Below, one piece after another: positions 28,545-34,726 of a stretch of DNA of 34,726 nucleotides. The number at the start of each line of letters is the position of its first letter. Positions within the stretch are counted from its first letter, which is position 1. The DNA is from Candidatus Planktophila sp. (GTDB lineage: Bacteria; Actinomycetota; Actinomycetes; Nanopelagicales; Nanopelagicaceae), in contig JBIIGW010000001.1 in assembly GCA_044236295.1 (NCBI GenBank), forward strand, positions 1-34,726, read 5' to 3'. A program made the translations under genes and the position numbers. The notes beneath the pieces were generated by a model. It searched no databases, was not told where the DNA came from, and saw nothing but the letters and a program-made list of their open reading frames with translations.

Positions 28545-29261
28545 TTATATAGCCCAGCGAACAGTGACTAGAACTGTTACTTCTTGTTGGCCTAAGTCAA
28601 TTTGTGTTGCTGAATCTTCGGCCTTTGCAGTGACTCCAAAAACAGGGAATGGATTTGGAGATGACTGCTCATTGAGGAAAACAACTCTTCCAAGTTTCAC
28701 ACCAAGCAGTTTTGCATAAGAAGTTGCCTTTGCTTTCGCACTCTTAACTGCTGCAGCTCGTGCTAAATCTGTTGCCTTTTCATTATCTAAAACAAATGGT
28801 GATGCACCATTGATCATGACATTGGCGCCACCTGCATCAACGATTGCATCAACAACAGTGCCAGCAGTCTCTGCTGCACGGACGGTGATTGAAAATGATT
28901 GGCTGGCTCTGTAGCCAGAAATAACAGGTGTTGAATTATCTGGATATGAATACTCTGGATAAACAGAGATCGACTGTGTTGCAACATCACGGACGGCAAT
29001 CTTGTTTGCTGTAAGCGCCTTGCGGACAGCGACAGATGTTGTGTTGGCAGTTGCTAAAGCTGCCTTACTTGTCGCACCCAAAACCGAAATGGTTGCGGTG
29101 ACTTTAACTGCATCAGGAATCACGCTGACCGTTCCATTACCTGATGTGGTGATGTAGCGAGTCGGTGCGGCAGCTGCTGCAGGATTAAAAAAACTAATCC
29201 CGGTCAATAAAGTGATTGCAGTTGCGATGGCTGCTACTTTGCGAAATGTTGTTGTTTTCAT
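28545..29261 (-). CDS. SIMPL (DUF541/BP26-like) domain secreted protein
   Basis: Signal peptide; ITTSGNGTVSVIPDA, SISVYPEY, GYRASQ, AVKSAKAKA..YA..LGVKLGRV, VTVRW. Confidence 0.88.
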   Translation of the reverse strand: MKTTTFRKVAAIATAITLLTGISFFNPAAAAAPTRYITTSGNGTVSVIPDAVKVTATISVLGATSKAALATANTTSVAVRKALTANKIAVRDVATQSISVYPEYSYPDNSTPVISGYRASQSFSITVRAAETAGTVVDAIVDAGGANVMINGASPFVLDNEKATDLARAAAVKSAKAKATSYAKLLGVKLGRVVFLNEQSSPNPFPVFGVTAKAEDSATQIDLGQQEVTVLVTVRWAI

Positions 29262-29330
29262 AGTACAAGTATCTACTATTGACTGTGTAAGGTGTTAATT
29301 ATTTCTGAGATTAGTGGGAGACTTAATCCC

Positions 29331-30317
29331 ATGAGCCAGTCACAGTTTGTCTCACGGTGCACCGCAGATGCGATGGTTTTGGCAGCGCAAAAATTAAAAG
29401 ATGGTCACCTTGTTGCTTTTCCAACAGAGACTGTTTATGGACTTGGCGCAGATGCAACAAATAAGTTGGCTGTTGCACAGATTTATGCAGCAAAAGGGCG
29501 CCCTGCAGATCATCCACTCATCGTTCACGTGCATTCAATGGCGGCTATGGGTGATTGGGCCGAAGATATTCCAACGTATGCCATTGATTTAGCAAGAGAT
29601 TTCTGGCCAGGGCCAATGACGCTTATCTTAAATAGATCTTCACTTGCACAAGATTTTATTACTGGCGGTCAAAACTCTGTAGGTATTCGAGTTCCAGATC
29701 ATGTTGTTGCATTAGCTCTACTTAGTGCTTTCCATGCAATTGGCGGCAAAGGAGTGGCAGCACCTAGTGCCAATCGCTTTGGTCATGTTTCACCAACAAC
29801 TGCCCAAGCTGTCAGTGATGAGTTAAGCAACTACTTATCTGCAGATGATCAAATTTTAGATGGCGGTCCTTGCACCGTTGGTGTTGAATCAACGATCATC
29901 GATTGCACAGGCGAAGTGCCAAAGATTCTTCGCCCGGGTGCGATAACTGCAGAGATGATCACAACATCTACTGGTTTAAAGGTTGCACCTGTTGCGGACT
30001 CTTCTAATTCAGAGAGTGAAAAGATCAGAGTTAGCGGATCACTAGAAGCTCACTACGCACCGTCTGCGCTCGTTCTATTGGATCAACAACCTTTAGCTGG
30101 CCAAGGCTTTATTGCGAAAGCAACAACTTCAACTCCAGACGGAGTAATCCGTTTGGCATCACCAAATAATGATGTTGAGTTTGCACAATCTCTTTATGCA
30201 TCACTTCGCAAAGCTGATGAATTAGGCCTTAGCCATGTCGTTATAGAACAACCACAAGGCGAAGGAATTGCAATCGCTATTCGAGACCGTCTAAAGAGAG
30301 CAGCCAACGGCCGCTAG
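29331..30317 (+). CDS. sua5: L-threonylcarbamoyladenylate synthase, Sua5 type (YrdC plus C-terminal SUA5 domain)
   Basis: VAFPTETVYGLGADA, KGRPADHPLIVH, FWPGPMT, APSAN, GVESTIID, HYAP; ATG 29331 preferred over GTG 29292. Confidence 0.93.
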   Translation: MSQSQFVSRCTADAMVLAAQKLKDGHLVAFPTETVYGLGADATNKLAVAQIYAAKGRPADHPLIVHVHSMAAMGDWAEDIPTYAIDLARDFWPGPMTLILNRSSLAQDFITGGQNSVGIRVPDHVVALALLSAFHAIGGKGVAAPSANRFGHVSPTTAQAVSDELSNYLSADDQILDGGPCTVGVESTIIDCTGEVPKILRPGAITAEMITTSTGLKVAPVADSSNSESEKIRVSGSLEAHYAPSALVLLDQQPLAGQGFIAKATTSTPDGVIRLASPNNDVEFAQSLYASLRKADELGLSHVVIEQPQGEGIAIAIRDRLKRAANGR

Positions 30318-30435
30318 ATTGAACCCGGCCACGGAAGTTGTGCCGAGGACTTAAGGGCATCAATCTAAAGCCCCAGAGACCAAGGTCACCTAGGGGTGAT
30401 TTCCCCAGCCGAGATTGAGGTCAGACGCAGGTAAT
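30315..30435 (+). ncRNA. Candidate structured RNA element (family not recognised; strand uncertain)
   Basis: TAGATTGA(30315-22)/TCAATCTA(30360-67) helix enclosing a CC-CGGC/GCCG-A-GG hairpin; GGGC(30355-58)/GCCC(30370-73) crossing pair; GTCACC-TAGG-GGTGAT hairpin; second AGATTGA copy at 30412-18. Confidence 0.45.
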
Positions 30436-30514
30436 TCCAAGTTCCCACTTATCAATTTCTCAGGTGAGCACTACTATCGCTCTACTCGCATTCGCGATAT
30501 CGAGAGGAAGACAC

Positions 30515-32128
30515 TTGAAAAAAATTAAGATAACGGCACTTGCTCTAGCAGCTGCCCTAGTACTCAGTGGTTGCGGTAGCAGCGATTCAGGTTCTGCTGG
30601 CGGAACAATGACTGTTGCATACCAAAACGACATAAGCACACTTGATCCAGCAATTGGTTATGACTGGCAAAACTGGTCAATCATCAAGAGCCTTTTCAGT
30701 GGTTTGATGGATTACGAGCCAGGAACTTCTAACTTGGTTCCAAACCTTGCAGCAGAGGCACCAGAGATCTCTGCAGACGGTAAGACATTTACTTTTAAAT
30801 TACTCACAGGAGTGAAATTCCACAACGGTCGCGAAATGACTGCTGACGATGTGAAGTACTCAATTGAGCGCACAGTCAATCCAAAGACACAGAGCCCAGG
30901 AGCAGGTTTCTTCGGCATGATCGCTGGTTATGACGATGCTGCTTCAGGAAAGTCAGAGACTATTTCTGGTATCGAAGCTGTTGATGCTTCAACAGTTAAG
31001 TTCACACTTTCTCGTCCAGATGCAACATTCCTTCACGTAATGGCGATTAACTTCTCATTCGTTGTTCCTAAAGAAGAAGTTGACAAGTACGGCGAAGACT
31101 TTGGAAAGAATCCAGTCGGAACAGGTGCATACAAGTTTACTAATTGGACACTTGGACAAGAATTGGTAATCACAAAGAACCCTGACTACTACAAGGCTGG
31201 TCTACCAAAGATTGATGAAATCAAGTTCGAAGTTGGCGTAGATCCAACTGTTGCACTTGCTCGCCTCAAGGCAGGCGAAATTGATCTTCTTGGAGACAGC
31301 ATTCCTGCTGCAAGCTATGTTGCAGAATCAGCAGATGAAGCTAACAAGGGTCTAATCATCGAAGGTGGTCAACTACAAACAGGTTATGTAACTCTGAATG
31401 TAAAGACCAAGCCATTTGATAACGTAAAGGTTCGTCAAGCACTTAACCACGCAATCAATAAGGATCGTATTGTTCAGATCATTAACGGTCGCGCAGTGCC
31501 TGCAAACCAACCTCTACCACCATCAATGCCTGGTTATGACAAGGACTACAAGGGCTTTGGCTATGACGTAGCAAAGGCAAAGGCACTTCTTGCAGAAGCA
31601 GGACTTGCAAGCGGCTTTACTTCTGAGCTTTGGACAAGCAACACAGATCCAAACCCACGTATTGCACAAGCAATTCAACAAGACCTTGCAGAAATTGGTG
31701 TGAAGGTAACAATCAAGAGCCTGGCACAGGCAAACGTTATTGAAGCTGGCGGAAACGGCACAGCTCCAATGATCTGGTCTGGCGGAATGGCATGGATTGC
31801 TGACTTCCCGGATGCAAGTAACTTCTGGGGTCCAATCCTTGGTTGCGGCGGAACTGGCCCTGGTGGTTGGAACTGGTCTAAGTACTGCAACAAGTCACTT
31901 GATGCAGAAGCAACAAAGGCTGACTCAATGACAAATCCAAAGGATGCAGATGCACGCGTTGCGTTGTGGAAGTCAATCTTCACACGTGCAAATGAAGAAG
32001 CACCATGGATTCCAATCTTCAACGAAAAGCGCATCACCATGAAGTCTGATCGACTTGGTGGAGCAGATGAGCTATTCGTCGATCCAGTACATATCCCAGT
32101 AAACTACGATCACGTTTTCATTAAGTAG
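30515..32128 (+). CDS. ABC transporter substrate-binding lipoprotein, family 5 (Opp/Dpp type)
   Basis: With start TTG 30515 (SD GAGAGG, -10 TACTAT at 30472): MKKIKITALALAAALVLSGC lipobox; TLDPA, VKFHNG, PVGTGAYK, KVRQAL..AI. Confidence 0.92.
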   Translation: MKKIKITALALAAALVLSGCGSSDSGSAGGTMTVAYQNDISTLDPAIGYDWQNWSIIKSLFSGLMDYEPGTSNLVPNLAAEAPEISADGKTFTFKLLTGVKFHNGREMTADDVKYSIERTVNPKTQSPGAGFFGMIAGYDDAASGKSETISGIEAVDASTVKFTLSRPDATFLHVMAINFSFVVPKEEVDKYGEDFGKNPVGTGAYKFTNWTLGQELVITKNPDYYKAGLPKIDEIKFEVGVDPTVALARLKAGEIDLLGDSIPAASYVAESADEANKGLIIEGGQLQTGYVTLNVKTKPFDNVKVRQALNHAINKDRIVQIINGRAVPANQPLPPSMPGYDKDYKGFGYDVAKAKALLAEAGLASGFTSELWTSNTDPNPRIAQAIQQDLAEIGVKVTIKSLAQANVIEAGGNGTAPMIWSGGMAWIADFPDASNFWGPILGCGGTGPGGWNWSKYCNKSLDAEATKADSMTNPKDADARVALWKSIFTRANEEAPWIPIFNEKRITMKSDRLGGADELFVDPVHIPVNYDHVFIK

Positions 32129-32146
32129 TTTGGGACTTGTTTAAAT

Positions 32147-33079
32147 ATGCTCCATAGCATTCATGCTAAAGATCATCATTTTGGGTGGGATCACACGATC
32201 CCACCCAAAATGGTTATTTCTCCTGGCTCAGAAGTAGAAATCGAAACTCTAGATTCCTCTGCGGGTCAGCTCAATGCACAATCAACTGTTGCAGATTTAG
32301 TTGCTTTAGATTTTGCACGAGTAAATCCTGTTACGGGCCCACTTTTTATTGAGGGTGCAGAGCCTGGCGATGCAATCAAAATTACCTTCCAAGAATTTAA
32401 TTCTTCCGGTTGGGGTTGGACAGGAAACATTCCAGGATTTGGTTTACTTGCAGATCAATTTACAGAACCTGCGCTACACATCTGGAAATATGATTCTGCA
32501 AATCCACAGACATCAACTTTTAATGGTGGTGGGCAAGTTCCACTCAAGCCATTCGTTGGCACAGTTGGTTTAGCACCAGCTGAAGTCGGCCTGCACTCTG
32601 TTGTTCCACCCCGCACAGTCGGTGGCAATATGGATATCCGCGACATGTCACAGGGCACAGAGCTTTTACTGCCTGTCGAAGTTACAGGTGGGCTGTTATC
32701 CCTAGGTGACACACATGCTGCACAAGGTGATGGTGAAGTCTGCGGAACTGCAATCGAGAGCCCAATCAAAGTTATTATCAAAGTAGATCTGGTTAAAGGA
32801 ATAAATATTCCTTCTCCTCGATTTAAAACAGCAGGGCCTGTCTCTCGTCATTTAGATTCAAAGGGTTACCACGTCACTACTGGCGTTGGCCCTGATCTAA
32901 TGACATCTGCTCGCGAGAGCGTTTCACGAATGATTGATCTTTTGATGGCCGAAAAGGGAATCTCTGCAATGGATGCATACATGTTGTGTAGCGTTGCAGG
33001 CGATCTTCGAATTTCAGAAATTGTAGATATGCCCAACTGGATTGTTTCGTTTTATTTTCCACGTTGTGTCCACGAGTAA
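32147..33079 (+). CDS. Acetamidase/formamidase (FmdA/AmdA family)
   Basis: NPVTGP, GAEPGD, GGNMD, GDTHAAQGDGEVCGTAIE, AYMLCS, ISEIVD. Confidence 0.92.
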   Translation: MLHSIHAKDHHFGWDHTIPPKMVISPGSEVEIETLDSSAGQLNAQSTVADLVALDFARVNPVTGPLFIEGAEPGDAIKITFQEFNSSGWGWTGNIPGFGLLADQFTEPALHIWKYDSANPQTSTFNGGGQVPLKPFVGTVGLAPAEVGLHSVVPPRTVGGNMDIRDMSQGTELLLPVEVTGGLLSLGDTHAAQGDGEVCGTAIESPIKVIIKVDLVKGINIPSPRFKTAGPVSRHLDSKGYHVTTGVGPDLMTSARESVSRMIDLLMAEKGISAMDAYMLCSVAGDLRISEIVDMPNWIVSFYFPRCVHE

Positions 33080-33094
33080 GACGTCATTTAACTA

Positions 33095-34054
33095 ATGGCT
33101 GAACAAGTCTTATCTGTTACCGATCTGGAAATTTCATTTTCAACTGAAAGTGGAAGAAACACAGTTGTTGAAGGTGTCACCTTCTCAATTGATTCCGGTG
33201 AAGTATTAGGACTTGTTGGCGAAAGCGGTTGCGGCAAATCTGTAACTGCAATGAGTTTGATTTCTCTGCTTCCTTCCCCACCAAGTCATAGAGAAAAAGG
33301 CTCCATTAAGTTAAGCGGTCGTGAAATTGCAGGGCTTAGCGAATCTGATCTTCAAGCAGTTCGCGGCGCCGAAGTTGGATTTATTTTTCAAGAACCTATG
33401 AGCAGTCTTAATCCTGTTCTAACAATTGGATATCAACTAAGTGAAGCAATTTTGCTTCATGAAAAAATTGACAAGAAGCAAGCCCAACAAAAAGCAATCG
33501 AAATGCTCAACCTTGTCGGTGTCAGCGATCCCGAACTTCGGTTAAATCAACACCCACATGAGCTTTCAGGTGGAATGCGACAGCGCGTAATGATTGCAAT
33601 GGCCTTAATGTGTTCACCAAAATTGTTGATTGCAGATGAACCAACAACGGCGCTGGATGTAACTATTCAGGCACAGATTTTAGATCTACTCAATACTTTG
33701 CGCAGCAAGCTAGGCATGTCGATTCTTATGATCACTCACGATCTTGGTGTTGTTGCAGAAACATGCACCAACGTGGTTGTTATGTATGCCGGTCGAATTG
33801 TTGAAAGCGGGCCCGTAGCGCAAGTATTTTCTAGCCCAAGACACCCATATACAAAGGCGCTAATTGCATCGTCGCCTCGTGGTGCAAAGCCTCAAAGCCA
33901 TCTTCCAACAATTCCCGGAATTGTTGCAGCACCAGCAGATCGCAAAGTTGGATGTTCATTTGCTCCTCGTTGCTCACTAGTGACAGATCAATGTCGAACT
34001 AACAAGCCAATGATTACAAAAGAGATCCATGCAGTGGAATGTTGGAACGCATGA
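33095..34054 (+). CDS. Peptide ABC transporter ATP-binding protein (DppD/OppD-like)
   Basis: [37 protein letters not shown]-terminal HPY and Cys motif. Confidence 0.95.
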   Translation: MAEQVLSVTDLEISFSTESGRNTVVEGVTFSIDSGEVLGLVGESGCGKSVTAMSLISLLPSPPSHREKGSIKLSGREIAGLSESDLQAVRGAEVGFIFQEPMSSLNPVLTIGYQLSEAILLHEKIDKKQAQQKAIEMLNLVGVSDPELRLNQHPHELSGGMRQRVMIAMALMCSPKLLIADEPTTALDVTIQAQILDLLNTLRSKLGMSILMITHDLGVVAETCTNVVVMYAGRIVESGPVAQVFSSPRHPYTKALIASSPRGAKPQSHLPTIPGIVAAPADRKVGCSFAPRCSLVTDQCRTNKPMITKEIHAVECWNA

Positions 34055-34726
34055 GCAATCAACCGTTATTACAAGTAACCAATATTGCAAAAGAGTTTGC
34101 AATTAGGGGAAGTAAAAACAAGATCAAGGCTGTTGATGGCGTTTCATTTTCGCTAAATTCAGGAGAAACGTTAGGTGTTGTGGGCGAATCTGGCTCTGGT
34201 AAATCAACACTTGGCCGCTTAGTACTGCGCCTTTTAGAACCAACTGCTGGAGAGATCATCTTTGATGGCCAGAAAATTAGTGAACTAAATCCAAAAGATT
34301 TGCGAGCAGCTCGTCGCCAAATGCAGATGATCTTTCAGGATCCATTTGCATCTCTTGATCCACGAATGACTGTAGAAGACTTGATTTGCGAGCCACTTGA
34401 TATTCACAAAATAGGTAGTGATAGCCAGCGAAGTGAAATGACTAAAAACATCATTAGCCACGTTGGGTTAACAGAAGATGCCCTGCGGCGATACCCACAC
34501 GAATTCTCCGGTGGACAGCGTCAACGAATCAGCATTGCTCGAGCAATTATTACAAAACCAAAACTAATCGTTGCAGATGAGCCTGTTTCGGCCCTTGATG
34601 TTTCAATTCAATCTCAAATTCTTAACTTAATGCTCGATCTTCGCAAAGAGATGAATTTGACCTACATCTTTATCTCACATGATTTATCTGTCATTCAGCA
34701 CATCGCAGATAAAGTCGCAGTGATGT
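34051..34726 (+). CDS. Peptide ABC transporter ATP-binding protein (DppF/OppF-like), runs off window end
   Basis: Not in the ORF track (no stop in window). ATGA overlap at 34051: MSNQPLLQV...AVDGVSF...GESGSGKST...IFQDPF...YPHEFSGGQRQR...ADEPVSALD...ISHDL. Confidence 0.93.
   Translation, partial: MSNQPLLQVTNIAKEFAIRGSKNKIKAVDGVSFSLNSGETLGVVGESGSGKSTLGRLVLRLLEPTAGEIIFDGQKISELNPKDLRAARRQMQMIFQDPFASLDPRMTVEDLICEPLDIHKIGSDSQRSEMTKNIISHVGLTEDALRRYPHEFSGGQRQRISIARAIITKPKLIVADEPVSALDVSIQSQILNLMLDLRKEMNLTYIFISHDLSVIQHIADKVAVM

Noticed and set aside
28456-28719. 87 aa plus-strand ORF
   Set aside because: Antisense to tRNA-Glu and the SIMPL gene; spurious.
30315-30440. Assignment of the structured element to FMN, cobalamin, M-box, raiA, HDV-like or pistol families
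   Set aside because: Only short word similarities (e.g. GGGGTGATTTCCCC, AAGCCCCAGAGACC, CTTAAGGG, TCCTCG on minus); the required conserved cores and helix order are missing.
1-34726. CRISPR array, prophage, transposase, retron or restriction-modification genes
   Set aside because: No spaced direct repeats or diagnostic motifs seen; the island methyltransferases lack DNA-MTase motifs (DPPY/NPPY, PCQ).

Overview
Gene-dense window from a streamlined, moderate-GC actinobacterium; gene content, synteny and near-zero intergenic gaps suggest freshwater acI / Ca. Nanopelagicales (inference, not a database match). Left to right: the 5' end of an OmpR/PhoP-type response regulator; a FadF/EtfD-like membrane Fe-S oxidoreductase divergent from dnaK-grpE-dnaJ-hspR (SigH/SigR-type promoter, two HAIR operators); pyrE, dedA and an MFS; a K+-independent H+-pyrophosphatase; topA; an inserted vapBC module with its operator; an MFS-thymidylate kinase fusion with a Lys-rich tail; holB; and a VOC protein. 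An AT-richer glycan-modification island of about 9 kb follows (gmd, fcl, 2 methyltransferases, 5 glycosyltransferase-like genes), ending at a tRNA Glu-Asp-Phe cluster. Then come a SIMPL protein, sua5, an unexplained highly structured ~120 nt intergenic element, and a peptide-type ABC operon containing an acetamidase/formamidase gene. No CRISPR, integrase, transposase or rRNA was seen. The best candidates for something undescribed are the 30315-30435 RNA-like element, the MFS-Tmk-Lys-tail fusion and the amidase-coupled ABC importer.
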